A stretch of 64,000 nucleotides of DNA, taken from positions 33,480,001 to 33,544,000 of the forward strand of contig CATNEN010000038.1 in the NCBI GenBank assembly GCA_950097015.1, written 5' to 3'. Positions 47,501 to 60,600 of this stretch are shown piece after piece; positions within the stretch are counted from its first letter, which is position 1, and the number at the start of each line of letters is the position of its first letter. A program made the translations under genes and the position numbers. The notes beneath the pieces were generated by a model. The model searched no databases. It worked only from the letters and a program-made list of their open reading frames with translations, and was not told the origin of the DNA. Source of the DNA: Macrostomum hystrix (lineage: Eukaryota; Animalia; Platyhelminthes).

Positions 47501-50500
47501 ATCGACGCTGCAAGGCAACAGCGAAGATTATCAGCTACAAACAGTGCAGCAGCACACAACAAGAAAGCTTGTGATGGCTAGTAACAGCTACGAAACGACA
47601 GTTGCATCCATATCGGAGCAGCAGCAGCAGCACTCGTATAATTCAATGCGCTCACAAGATAGTGCGCTGCAGCAGATGTTCGGCAAGCTAGACCATACAG
47701 ACAACGAGGTGGACATTCACCGCGTGTCACGATCAAGGGGATCTTCAATTACTAGCGACTCTGGAAAATGGCCGACACCACCGCAACTGAGTCAAAGAGC
47801 ACCAGCTATGAAGAATACTTCATCGCCTCTGCCATCACCGGCTCTGATGAGCGCTCGCATGGAGTCGAGGGTAAACATAACTAGATATTGAAAAATAATA
47901 AATTGCTAGTTAATGCTCGTACGATTGATAACAAATCTATAATGCTAATTTGAACTTTGCTCTTTTATTTTCAGGAGTCCCGGCGTGGCATCGTCGATGA
48001 CTTTTGCAACTACGAGCGTCGAAACAGCGATGCGTCTGTAAAAACTGGTAGCGTTGGAATCGTGAGCGAAGAAGAGTTCGCTGAGCTACGAAAGCAGCTA
48101 CAAGAGGCAAAGCGTCAGCTAGCCCGCATAGAGATACAGAATGCGCAAACCTCTGATAGCCAGATTATCAAGGACATAGAACAGAAATCTGTACGCTTTA
48201 ATCTAAGCGCATCACCAGCGTCACCAACAAGGACAGTAATAGACGTTGGCTGCCATGGAGATCTCGCACTGTCAACCAGCTGGGCCAGAGCTGGCAAGGA
48301 ATCAGAGGAGCGCATGATTGTCTGCCGCACAGTCGCCCCAGTCATCAGCGCATCTGGATTTAACAAGGAGGTCGTTCATAAAGAAAACAGCTTGGCATTT
48401 CAAGAGCCACCCAAGCCATTAGTTACAGAGAGCGTCAACTTTTGCCATCCAGAGACGCCGATCGTAGACTGCGGCGCCAACTTGGAAGTCAAAGTAAGGG
48501 ACAGCTCTGCCATCTTCCGCGAGATTCCAAAGGCACTGGTCACCAGCAGTGTGTTAATCAGCAAGGAGTTTCTCAATGGTGGGGTTAGCTTCCGTGAAGA
48601 AAGACCAGCTTTCTCCAATACGTTTGCTAGTCTGGAAGTCAGCTGCCGAGACAGTTTGGTCATCTTCCGCGAGACGCCAAAGGCACTGGTCACCAGCAGT
48701 GTGTTAATCAGCAAGGAGTTTCTCAATGGTGGGGTTAGCTTCCGTGAAGAAAGACCAGCTTTCTCCAATACGTTTGCTAGTCTGGAAGTCAGCTGCCGAG
48801 ACAGTTTGGTCATCTTCCGCGAGACGCCAAAGGCCGTAGCCACAAGCAGTGTGATTATCGGCAAGGAGTTATTGAATGGCCGAGCAAGCTTCCGCGAAGA
48901 GCGACCAGCCTTAGCCAACACCTTTGCCGCCAAAGTGATGGAACAGGTGGCACAGTCAGCTAGCGCTAAGATTGACTACAAAGCCAGCAATTGCCGAGCT
49001 GTTGCATCAGTGACGACACATAGAGGAGTGAAATTTCAACCAGATGCAATCAGCAGCGATATGAAATCATTAGGAAAACCAATTGTAGACAATGGCGTGT
49101 TCAGAATCAACGAAATGATCGACTCGTGGACGGATATGCAAATCAAAAGTAAGAACTGAGGCTAAAGTAGATGTTTCTATACGTAGAACGTAGAAAACAC
49201 TTAGAAAACGTAGAAAACACTTAGAAAACGTAGAAAACACTTCAAGCTATATCTCTGAGATTTGGAACAGGAAGGGGTCTACTTATTTTTCTCCCTTCTA
49301 AACAGAGCCGGCAGCCAGCGGTGCTCACTTTGTTTTGGAAAGACGCGACGCGCGCACACAAAAGAACACAGCCCGAACGCCTCAGGTTGAGTGCGGCGTC
49401 GGTGCCAATCTAGACGAAGGCGTCGGGCGGCTGCAACAGCCGCAGCAGGAGGCCGCATCGGTGCAGACAACACAGTCGTCTCACACAGTCGAATGCGGCG
49501 CAATCGGCAATGTGATCGAAGTTGTCATCAGTGAAAAGCGACGCAGGACACGCGGAACGGATATGTGCGACAGGCAGACAATCTGTGACACAGGCGTGTG
49601 GGCCAGCACCGTTCAGATGGTTAAAGTTGAGGTTAGTTCGTTGGTGGGACGTGGCGAGCGTACGCTTGGAGGAATGCTTTTTCCTGCAGTCAGGCTCTGC
49701 ACACTATATGCTGTCTAGAATGTACTAGTTTACTACATCTATTTGTAAGCTGAATTTGAAATTTTATCGAAAACGTCATAGCACTCATGATCCCACACAA
49801 GAAACAAAATTTAAACTCTTTGTAACTACTTTTTTACCTGAAACACGAATATCACAGACAGAGGACTTGGCAAGAAGAAGGCGCCAGCCACAGTCGGCAA
49901 AAGTACCCACACTGCCGCCGAAGCCAGCCGTTCAACAGAAGCCGCAACAACTGCAGATGCAGCCGCCTCCGCCGCAACCGCCGAAGCCACAGCAGCAGCA
50001 GCCGCAGCCACCCCAGCCATCGAAGCAGCAGCAGCCGCAGCCGCAGCCACCCCAGCCATCGAAGCAGCAGCCGGCACTGCAGCAGCCCGATAAGCCGCAA
50101 CTGCAGAAGCAGCCACAGCCTTCCACAATAATTCAGCCGCACTTTAGAACCAAGAGTGAAGACATACCAGATAAGGAGTGGAGATTCCCGATCAACAGAC
50201 AGGATTTTCGGTACGCATAAAGAAAGTAGTTCAGTTAAAATCACAGATTATGACATATTTCAACACGGTGATTAACGAATACTCGTACATGATGGAACTA
50301 AATAGATGTAGAGCCAATAGCTGGGAAACGAAAAAAGAATCAGAAAAACATGATTGATTTGTATTTTTTCATCGTTCCGATCACCATTAGTGAGGTCAGT
50401 TTAATATGTAAATCAGTTATACAAGCGTAGAATAATTATTGTCAACCAGGTACTCATTTTACGTTTGCATCACTGCAGACAAGATCCAACGAGTCAGCCA

Positions 50501-50585
50501 GAGTCCCCAGATCCGCAGGCTTCAAAGCCAAGACAGTCCCAACCACGGCCAAGGCATTCGTCACTACCCAGACTGAGGAAGCATA

Positions 50586-50618
<33 letters not shown>

Positions 50619-50806
50619 CAAATTCACCACCACCAGAGACACAGATAGGCATTCCAGCCGGGATGGTCAGCATGCAGGCCAAGGTGGAGCCGGCAACATG
50701 GGGGCAGGACAGCCGACATCAGTGGAGCAGTCGCAGCATACACATTGGCACCAGACCAGCCTCAAGTATGAGCAACCAGAGGTCAAGCAGGTCGCAGATA
50801 GTTTGA
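44562..50806 (+). CDS. Multi-exon gene with plakin-like helical/SH3 N-terminus and low-complexity P/Q C-terminus; middle exons only partly resolved
   Basis: Phase-consistent exons 44562-44606, 45336-45572, 45672-45809, 46245-46405; later exons start near 46474, 46681, 47021, 47453, 47975, 49305, 49858, 50479; ATTVKDLLAGRNRIRADEEVTLVGD..VRVDTASGDRAVVP resembles a plakin SH3. Confidence 0.55.
44705..44860 (-). mobile_element. 5' head of SINE family 1
   Basis: Reverse complement reads GGGGAGGTTGAGTTGCAGAGCGGTTAACGCG...CACATTGATTTGGGGCACAG. Confidence 0.65.
45868..46232 (+). mobile_element. Near full-length SINE family 1 (intronic)
   Basis: Head, body and TTA/TGA tail match the 29462 and 53672 copies. 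Confidence 0.88.
48483..48930 (+). repeat. 150-bp (50 aa) in-frame coding tandem repeat, 3 copies
   Basis: CATCTTCCGCGAG at 48511, 48661, 48811 within the 47957-49159 ORF. Confidence 0.92.
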
Positions 50807-52761
50807 AGATATAACCATTTAGCAGATTATTGCTAAATACAAACTTGAAAACCCTTTATAAGATTGATGCTAAAAGTGACTTAATTGCCTAATAACTTTT
50901 CACTTGACAAAGACTTTAGTTCTACATAAAAAATAATAAATGCTATAAGAAATATCTCTTATTAGTAAGTGATAAACCATTATACTTATTAAAACATTTT
51001 GGATGTTCCTAAATAGTGCTCAAACATAAAAATTGCCGATCCAACTTATCAAATGCTGTTATTTCTGCTAGTAAAAAGAAAACAACTAGGTAATACAGTA
51101 CAACTAAATTAGTTATTTTAGTTCTGCCTCTGGAAAGGCAGAATACTAGCTTAAACATTGCCACTGTGTTATACCAAATATTTAGCCAACAATAAATAGC
51201 TAAAAAATTAACATCAAAATTATTTTTTTCGTTTCAACCCTCTGATGCTTTTGATATATACCTATTATTCATAGTTATATTACCTATGATTCATAACTCA
51301 ATTACTCAATGACAGATTGTAACAAATTATTTGTCTGCCATCATCAATGTAATGACCAATAAAGTAAACGATCGTTTTTTTAACTTTTACATCTCATTGA
51401 CTTACATATTTAAGCATTGAACACTTAGTTTATAAAAATTGAACAAAAAATATACATACATTAAAACGATTTCTTTAGCATTGTTCTATTGTTATTATAA
51501 GCGAGAGAATCCGTACTATATCTCTAATTAAATAATTTTATTAAGTACAGTAATACGAACTGCACTTAACAGTTGCCAGCCGCTTGGTCTCCTCAGTGTT
51601 TTTCCACATACAGACACAGTATAATAGAATACGATACTGTAATACACCTAGTCGAAAGAGTAACGTTTCGAAGAAAAGGGGGGATTTAAATACGAGCGTC
51701 ATTACTGAAAGTTCCGTTAATTGCGGATCACGTTATAAGCACCACCGATTGCTTTAGTGCATTATCCCACATACTTATCACTTTCCCACTTTCGTAACCA
51801 ATCTGTGTATTATGATTTAATTATTTTTTTATTACTGAACAATCCTTTGCCATACAGAGAGATTTTAACATTATTGTGATTGATGGCTGATGCTTCCGGT
51901 AACAGACAATGTGATCCTAGATAAATCGAACATTCTTTTCTATGACTGCTGGCTAAAGTTTTAAGTCAATAATTTTTAGGATGAACGCTCCTTATAAGAA
52001 GTAAGAAGTTTAAGTACAATAAGATTTTTGTAAACTCGCGTCTGGTATGCGCATACATAATTTTTTTCGTTAGAGATTTAAGAAGTCGTGCTGGAACAAA
52101 CTAACGATATTTTTTTTATTCTGTGGTTTGCGTATTATTGCAGACGAAGAACTAGTTTATTCCGGAAAAGGGGTTGGTTTATAATTTAAATTACTGCCTA
52201 TAATATTACAGCAAAATAAGTAAATAACATATTCTTTTTGCATTCTTTTCACATTGAAGGGAAATAATTTCTCAATGTTTTGCGATGGCTTAATTCAGAT
52301 AGACTGACTGAGCGAGTTACTACGAGGAAAAGTTGTATACTTCAATGTGACAACGAACAAACACGAGGGTGAGCGCATGTGAATCTCCAAAAATGTATGT
52401 GATGGAACATGTGGTGCAATACGCGACTATACGGCAAGTAGCAGAATGGCTCTGAAAAATCACAAAAAACAATAACAACGTTCGTTGGAGGTCGCGAATC
52501 ACGGAATCATGAATTGTTTGTATTCTATCTGCATTTTATGAAATCGAACCACAAATTAAAAGCGTATCAGAAATATATGTTAAAACCGATTTTTTCATGC
52601 ATAGATAAAAATTGAGTAGTCGAAATTGATAAGTTGCTACTCGACTCTACTCATGGAGATCCTCCAGGTGCAGTTTTAACTACTCTCTACTCTGATCCTC
52701 GGGTGCAATAATTCGCTACTCGTTACTCAAGTCCTGTACTGTCATCCAGTCTCGCAGGTTT

Positions 52762-54399
52762 TCAGACGAGGCTTCGGATTGCGCAGACAGCAATAGTAGT
52801 CAGCGTAGCCAGCCGTGAGGCGGTTTTTGCCTGCGGGCCATCAGTCGCTGTGTTGCACAAGTCCTCGGAGCAGAAGCAGTACTCGGCGGTATAGTTGACT
52901 GGGTTAGTAACGAAGCGACAACCGTCGGAATGGTCCAGCCAGCTGCTTTTGTTACCCGTGTTGGTGTCCTCGGCTGTGTTGTAGCAGATCCGAAGCACCG
53001 TGTGCACGTTCGCACCAACCTCTGGTTGAGTTTTCGATGGGAGGAGTTGATTAAATTGACTGAAGCCAACATGCATTTCAAAATGCAAAAAACTTGGAAC
53101 CAGATGATGAAAGAATGATGAAGGAATCCAAGGATTTGGGAATCCAATTGGATTTGGGAATCCAAGGATTTGGGAATCCAAGGATTTGGGAATCCAAGGA
53201 TTTGGGAATCCAATTGGATTTGGGAATCCAAGGATTTGGGAATCCAAGGATTTGGGAATCCAATTGGATTTGGGAATCCAAGGATTTGGGAATCCAAGGA
53301 TTTGGGAATCCAAAGATTTGGGAATGCAAGGATTTGGGAATCCAAGGATTTCGGAATCCAAGGATTTAGGAATCCAAGGATTTTGAATTCAGTATTTCTC
53401 AGCTCGTTTAGAAACTAAAGACAAAATATTGCGATCCAGTTTGCAAAATGTTAAACTGCTCGAGTCACTCACTATGCGAGTACTGCACCTGAGTCTGGCT
53501 GGCGCATTTGCCTGTACTCCGAGGCACCGCGCAGGTGGCCCTGCCGGCAATGGCCAGGCATTTGAATAGCGACACGCCAGGCAGGTAGGAGGCCCGGCAT
53601 TGGTGGCAGGTCAGGGTCTCGTTTTCTGTTCGATAGCCATTGAATTCATTGTTATATTTATAACCAATGTTGGGGGGTGAGTGGCAGACCGGTTAACGCG
53701 TCTGACTCTCGCACCAAGGTCCCTGAGCTCGATTCCACGGCGAGGCCACATTTATTTGGGACGCAGCCGCGGAGAGAGTTGGAAGCTTTTGTCGCGCAAT
53801 TTACGCCCTTGAGGGTCAACCTCCAAGGCACAGTTAGAGTGTACACTGCCTGACGATGAGAAAGTCAGGGCAGATGTACACACACCTGTGTGAGCGTGTG
53901 CCTGCGTACAGTATCTGTGTGCGCGTGTGCTCAGGAGTCAGCTAAATGGGGCAGAACTGCCTCATCGCTGGCTGCGGATCTAGTGTCACCAAATTATGGG
54001 CAATTGCTCACAGCCCTCCTGCAATTATTATTACTAATTGCATATACCCAGGGATGTACAGAGTGAATTGGCGTTGAATGAAAAAAAACTGGACCTTCTG
54101 TCAGAATCATTGAATGTCTCGATGTTTTGGAGTCTTGACTATTTATATATCATGTCCCTGACCTGCTTCGCATTAGTCAGAGATCAAATGTTTCGCGTTT
54201 AAAATTTCAGTAAATTCGGTTAAGATTATATAGCTAGCTCACCTGCCAGCAGATCATTGCCAAACTGCTGCTTAGATTGGCGCCTTACTGCTGTTGCTTG
54301 AGTATCATCTGCTCCACAGAACACTGTAGCCTGCAACAGCAGCAGCAGCAGCAGCAGCAGAGGTTGAATTTTCAAAGATTGGTCGCATAACAAAGTCAT
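52762..54399 (-). CDS. Ly6/uPAR three-finger (quiver/sleepless-like), probably GPI-anchored, 189 aa; exons 54399-54243, 53625-53473, 53021-52762
   Basis: Poly-Leu signal peptide, LTCHQC start, 10 Cys, CFCSEDLCN motif, hydrophobic C-terminus; two phase-1 GT-AG introns. Confidence 0.88.
53120..53385. repeat. 16/18-bp intronic minisatellite (GGAATCCAAGGATTTG)n
   Basis: Visible tandem array in intron 2 of the Ly6 gene. Confidence 0.95.
53672..54033 (+). mobile_element. Full-length SINE family 1 (antisense in Ly6 intron 1)
   Basis: GGGGGGTGAGTGGCAGACCGGTTAACGCG head, B-box-like GCTCGATTCC, (ATT)n tail. Confidence 0.9.
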
Positions 54400-55381
54400 G
54401 ATTGACTAATATTATCGTAATTCTTGTGGCGTTCGGCGTGCGACCGACAATCATTTAGGGGAAAAACTTCGCAGAAATAGACACAAAAAATATATGGTTG
54501 AAGGACAAGCACAGGGGGTGGGGTAGAGTGAATGGCCAAGAAAAGCAAACAGCTTCTTCCACCAAAACCCGGGCTATCCAAGCCTCCTAGCTGCATCTGC
54601 CAATCCAGTCTCGCGACTGGTTGTCCAGTCTCGAACAAAGAATAGGAACTAGAAGCTTCGACTTCGATTCTTCTAGAATGATATCAGCTGTCTGTGCGCA
54701 TCTGCGCGGCCAGATTGCAAAGCCCTGTCACACTGATGGAAGGGGATTAAAATGAGGCAAAGAGAGGCCTCTGCTGCAGATATTCCGCGGTCTGCAGCTG
54801 AGGAGAAAACAGAATTCTTATAAAACCTGAAGCTTGCTTGGTTCCTTTTTTCTTGTCTTTTTTTCGACCTCACTTTGCCTGTCTTTGATCCTCATTAAAT
54901 CTCAGTTTCAATAATGTAAAGTTTCCCTTTAGATAACGTTAATGTGACATGAACGGCAGAATATGCAACAGAGGCAGAAAACTTTCTGTACGCCTGTTAG
55001 TTTTGCATTGCATAGCTCTCATTTTAGTGTTTCATTCATTCAGTTCTTACAGATTAAAAAACATTCACAGTATATTTGAATACTCGAAATGCAAGATGTA
55101 CAAAGAAACTAACGAGTACGTTAAAACAAACTAGGGATTGAATGCAATAATTTAAATTAGGCGACGGATAGTTACTTTTTAGGTAGATGTGGGACTTATC
55201 ATTATCAGTATTCCATTCCATTACATTTATATAAACATCCTCAGATCCATATTGCGACATCATAAGTTTCTATTTTTAGAAACAAACTAATGACGTCATC
55301 TTCTATTTATAGATTGTTTTGACGCCATAATCTATTTATAGAAAGTTAGCAAAGCGCACCAAGTAGGCCAATGTTCACTGG

Positions 55382-56422
55382 TCAGATCTCAGCCGCTTTT
55401 CTAATTAGCAGCTTTCTCTCCTCGGCTAGTCGCCAGTTGTCCAACAGGCGGGCTAATTCAGCCAGACAGGCGTCGCTGGGAGCGGAGTAGCCGGGTAGAT
55501 CTGGAATGCCCGCCGCGTTCGGCATCCGGTTCAACAGACTGAGCGACTGCAGCCAGCGATAGCCAGGCTGGAACTTCTGGTCACGGCGCAGCATTTGGCC
55601 CAGCCTGCGCCACCGCTGACGCACAAGATCGTCGTGATCAGCTACTAGCCGAGAATTGGACAACATGTTAGACAGTTCGAATTGACGCAGCGATGATAGC
55701 AGACTGGAGCAGGCCTTGAATACGTTAATAATAACAGAGGATCTGGTGGCTGACTGATATGAGGATCTAAGAAGACTGTCTAGGAAAATACAGGACCTGA
55801 ATAATCAAGGGATATGAAAAAAGTTATCCTAAATTAAATGAAATCCGAAAAATTAGGGAACCAACCTCGATGATTCGGATCTAAAGGATGTGGGAAAAAA
55901 AGACCCACTTTAAGGAGCAGGGAAAATAAAGCACCTAACTTAAGGATTTGGGGAAAACCATGAAACAATCACAAGGGATTCGAGGAATATGAGGGACTAA
56001 TCTCAAAGATTTAGACAAGAGAACAATTGAATAGACAAACAGGATATGCAATCAGTGTCACCTGTTCGCCAATAGGAAACTGTTGCGCCAGTTTGCGCGC
56101 AGAAAACACACTGGGCTGGGTCTTGTGCAGCAGCAGAAGCTGCCCCTTGGCGCCCAGTGTGAGAACGCAGAGCTGTTTTCTACCTGGCTCGCATCTGATC
56201 GATATGTTGCTAGGCTTCTTTGTAGAATTTTGCTGCTGCTGCTGCTGCTCGTTCTCTAGCTGGGAAGCCGATGTCGACAACGTGGAATTCCCGGTGCAGA
56301 ACTGGGAAACTAGTAAAATAGGCCGATAAAAGGCTAGCAAATGCTGCTGCTGCAGCGGGCAGCGCAAAGCATCGGAAAACACGGTCAACTGAGGTAGCGG
56401 CGATGGAATTAAGAATAGGCAT
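55382..56422 (-). CDS. Neugrin-like paralog 2; exons ~56422-56062 and 55714-55382; 5' frame unresolved
   Basis: VLTLGAKGQLLLLHKTQPSVFSARKLAQQFPIGEQ|ACSSLLSS..VADHDDLVRQRW aligns with paralog 1 and the neugrin pattern; ATG 56422 is out of frame with the domain. Confidence 0.6.
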
Positions 56423-56579
56423 GAAACAATTTTTCATTTCCAATTCTGATTATCAAATGTTAAATCTACTTCGTCATTTAAAAACTTATTTGCATTCGAA
56501 ATCAATCAAAACTGTTCAATCATTTTTGAACGTCTTCTTAGGGACCTTTTTCTCTCACCCGCATTCTCCTAGTCATTAA

Positions 56580-57432
56580 ATTTCTCCCATTCGCGTTCTC
56601 CCAGTCATTTCGTTTCTCCCACGTACATTTTCCCAGACATTCCATTTCTCCCACCTACATTTTTCTAGTCATTCCATTTCTTCCACCGACATTCTTCTAG
56701 TCATTCCATTTCTCCCACCTACATTCTTCTAGTCATTCCATTTCTCCCACCGACATTCTTCTAGTCATTCCATTTCTCCCACCTACATTCTTCTAGTCAT
56801 TCCGTTTCTCCCACCTACATTCTTCAAGTCATTCCATTTCTCCCACCTACATTCTTCTAGTCATTCCATTTCTCCCACCTACATTCTTCTAGTCATTCCG
56901 TTTCTCCCACCTACATTCTTCTAGTCATTCCATTTCTCCCACCTACATTCTTCAAGTCATTCCATTTCTCCCACCTACATTTTTCTAGTCATTCCATTTC
57001 TCCCACCTACATTCTTCAAGTCATTCCATTTCTCCCACCTACATTCTTCAAGTCATTCCATTTTTCCCACCGACATTCTTCTAGTCATTCCATTTCTCCC
57101 ACCGACATTCTTCTAGTCATTCCGTTTCTCCCACCTACATTCTTCTAGTCATTCCGTTTCTCCCACCGACATTCTTCTAGTCATTCCATTTCTCCCACCG
57201 ACATTCTTCTAGTCATTCCATTTCTCCCACCGACATTCTTCTAGTCATTCCATTTCTCCCACCTACAATCTTCTAGTCATTCCGTTTCTCCCACCTACAT
57301 TTTTCTAGTCATTCCATTTCTCCCACCTACAATCAATTCTAGTCATTCCATTTCTCCCACCTACAATCAATTCTAGTCATTCCATTTCTCCCACCGACAT
57401 TCTTCTAGTCATTCCGTTTCTCCCACCTACAT
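56580..57432. repeat. 32-bp minisatellite (TTTCTCCCACCTACATTCTTCTAGTCATTCCA)n, ~26 copies
   Basis: Visible tandem array between the two neugrin-like genes. Confidence 0.96.
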
Positions 57433-57673
57433 TATACCAGATATTAAGCTTTATCAGATATTGCATTCTCTATGCCATTTCTATAAGAATATTTTGTAAA
57501 TATAAAAAATGAATGCCATACTAAGTAGCCAGCCGGGTTATAAAACATTACAGAGTGAAATGCACCACATTTATATATTTTGCTCAATTCACAGTTTGTT
57601 ACTAAACATCTAATTTAGCCATATAGTTGCATGAACCTAGACTAAGTACAAATTGGTCAATTATATTAACGCT

Positions 57674-60600
57674 CTACTTGTCGTATAGAAATTTGTCTGT
57701 AAAATCCAGTCTTTCCAATTGCCGCTTAAACTTGTACTTCTCATTCAACTGACGGGATTCCTTCGGTTTTAGCAGACGGGCCTGCAGATCGGCTAGCTCC
57801 TGGCGAGCTGCTGAGAGCTCCGCTGGCGATGATGACAGAGCGGCCTCTGCCTGGAAGACAAAGATCAGGGGTGGTCACGAAATCTAAGAGGTTGGCGGTT
57901 TCCCTTTGAGGATCTGGGAGAGAAACGGTTCCAATTTGAGGATCTGGGAGAGAAACAGTTCCAATTTGAGGATCTGGGAGAGAAACGGCTCCAATTTGAG
58001 GATCTGGGAGAGAAACGGTTCCAATTTGAGGACCTGGGAGAGAAACGGCTCCAATTTGAGGATCTGGGAGAGAAACGGTTCCAATTTGAGGATCTGGGAG
58101 AAAAACGGCTCCAATTAGAGAATCTGGGAGAGAGGCGGTTTCAATTTGAGGATCTGGGAGAGAAACGGTTCCAATTTGAGGATCTGGGAGTGAAACAGTT
58201 CCAATTTGAATATCTGGGAGAGAAACGGTTCCAATTTGAGGATCTGGGAGTGAAACAGTTCCAATTTGAATATCTGGGAGAGAAACGGTTCCAATTTGAG
58301 GACCTGGGAGAGAAACGGTTCCAATTTGAGGATCTGGGAGTGAAACAGTTCCAATTTGAGGATCTGGGAGAGAAACGGCTCCAATTTGAGGATCTGGGAG
58401 AGAAACGGTTCCAATTTGATGATCTGGGAGAGAAACGGCTCCAATTTGAGGATCTGGGAGAGAAACGGTTCCAATTTGAGGATCTGGGAGAGAAACGGTT
58501 CCAATTTGAGGATCTGGGAGTGAAACAGTTCCAATTTGAGGATCTGGGAGAGAAACAGTTCCAATTTGAGGATCTGGGAGAGAAACGGCTCCAATTTGAG
58601 GACCAGGGAGAGAAACGGCTCCAATTTGAGGACCAGGGAGAGAAACGGCTCCAATTTGAGGATCTGGGAGAGAAACGGTTCCAATTTGAGGATCTGGGAG
58701 AGAAACGGTTCCAATTTGAGGATCTGGGAGTGAAACAGTTCCAATTTGAGGATCTGGGAGAGAAACAGTTCCAATTTGAGGATCTGGGAGAGAAACGGCT
58801 CCAATTTGAGGATCTGGGAGAGAAACGGTTCCAATTTGAGGATCTGGGAGAGAAACGGTTCCAATTTGAGGATCTGGGAGTGAAACAGTTCCAATTTGAG
58901 GATCTGGGAGAGAAACAGTTCCAATTTGAGGATCTGGGAGAGAAACGGCTCCAATTTGAGGATCTGGGAGAGAAACGGTTCCAATTTGAGGATCTGGGAG
59001 AGAAACGGCTCCAATTTGAGGATCTGGGAGAGAAACGGTTCTAATTTGAGGATCTGGGAGAGAAACGGTTCGAATTTGAGGATTGGGAAGGATGTCGGTA
59101 TCAAATTTGGGATTTGGGAGAAAGGAGGTTTCAATTTGAGGAGTGGGAGGGAGGAGATTTAACTTTTGGGATCACCGAGGGAAGCGGTTCTAAACTGAGG
59201 ATCTGGGAGGTTGGCTATTCCATTTCCCTCTGAGGATCTGGGAGAGACGCGGTTTAAACTTGGGGACCAGTGAGGTTGGCGGTTCCAATCTGAGGATCTG
59301 GGAGGCAAATTACAAACCTCGGACAGGAAGCTACTGTCGCCATAGTATTTGGCAGCGATGCGCTCCATCTGGCCAGGAACAGCGCCGTCCGGCCGGAGCT
59401 GCCGCGGCTCGCAGTCATCAGCCCAATAGTGCGCCAGATCTGGGTGGCCAGCAGCGAAGCGCAGCAGCGCCAGCTTGCTGGCGTCGCCCAGAAGCCAGGA
59501 GAGGCCGAGGCGAGCTGTCACAAGCGGTGGACGCTCCAGTGCCGGCCAAACCCGCAGCCGGGTGTTGCTGTCTCGTCGCTGAATATCGGCCGGCCAGCGG
59601 AGTTCGACAAAGTTGGCCAGCAGCCGGCGGGCGGCGTCAGCAGTCAGTGGAAAGACTTCGGCCAGTGCAGCAGGCTGCCACAGCTGGCGGTGGAGGAAGA
59701 ATTACATGCAATAAACTGCCGCGATATTATTGCTAATCCTGCTTCGTAATTATAAAAAATTATTTGAGACATTGAGATTATTGCTTAGTTCGTCACTGAG
59801 TTTGTCCCTGAGTTCGATTCCGCTGCGAAGCCACATTTTTAAGGGGCAGCCGCGGAGAGAAGGCTTGGGGGCTTGTCGTGCAATTTATTCTATTGAGGGC
59901 CAACCTCCAACGCACACTGAGAGCGTACACTGCCTGAAGATGAGAAAGTCAGGGCAGATGTACACACATATGAGTGTGTGCCTGCGTACAGTATCGTGTG
60001 TGCTCAGGAGTCAGCGAAATGAGCAGAATTGCCTCCTCGCTGGCAGCGGGTCTAGTGTCACATAATAATGTCCCATTGACCGCAGCCCTCATGCTAATAA
60101 AATTAATTTCTAATATTAATTATTAATGCTGAGCAGCTATAAAATTATAACAGAACATCTAATCAAAATTGATTGATTGACACTGTAAATTGGTTCCGTG
60201 GTTCTCTGCTAAAGGGTTCATTGGTTGCCTACTTGCCTGCTTTTATAAACTTATTTACCACCTCGGTCAAAGTCCTATTGATTTTTTATGTCTGAAACGT
60301 AACGATTTTTGCTTTGCTCTACTAATAGTAGTATGAATTAGTATTGGGATCAGTTTTTATAAAATGCTACTTTTAAGAGCCATCACACACCTCAGGATCT
60401 GTGCGATTAAGCAGAACAGCTTGCCTCTCGGCGCAGTAGAGCAGCACGGATGTTTCACCAGCTCCCGGCGCCGGCAGGTAGCGACGCGACGCCGCACGAA
60501 TCGCCGCAGCCCGATTAGCTCGTCGTTTGGCCACGGCTAGCTCGTCCTGGAGGCCAGCGGCCCTCTTTGGTGACGCAACCAGGCCAGAGAGATCGTCAAG

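Noticed and set aside
50479-50586. Terminal frame ending VTTQTEEA (LC8-binding TQT motif)
   Set aside because: The upstream donor at 50211 is phase 2, which selects the other frame ending at 50806
56580-57432. Member of the strand-polarised intronic minisatellite set
   Set aside because: Lacks the CCCARATC core, is C-rich on the opposite strand and is probably intergenic; it would be a counter-example if it proves intronic
57884-59162. Long repetitive ORFs on both strands (LEPFLSQILK / FQFEDLGEKR)
   Set aside because: Translations of a 30-bp array lying inside a GT-AG intron of the neugrin-like gene
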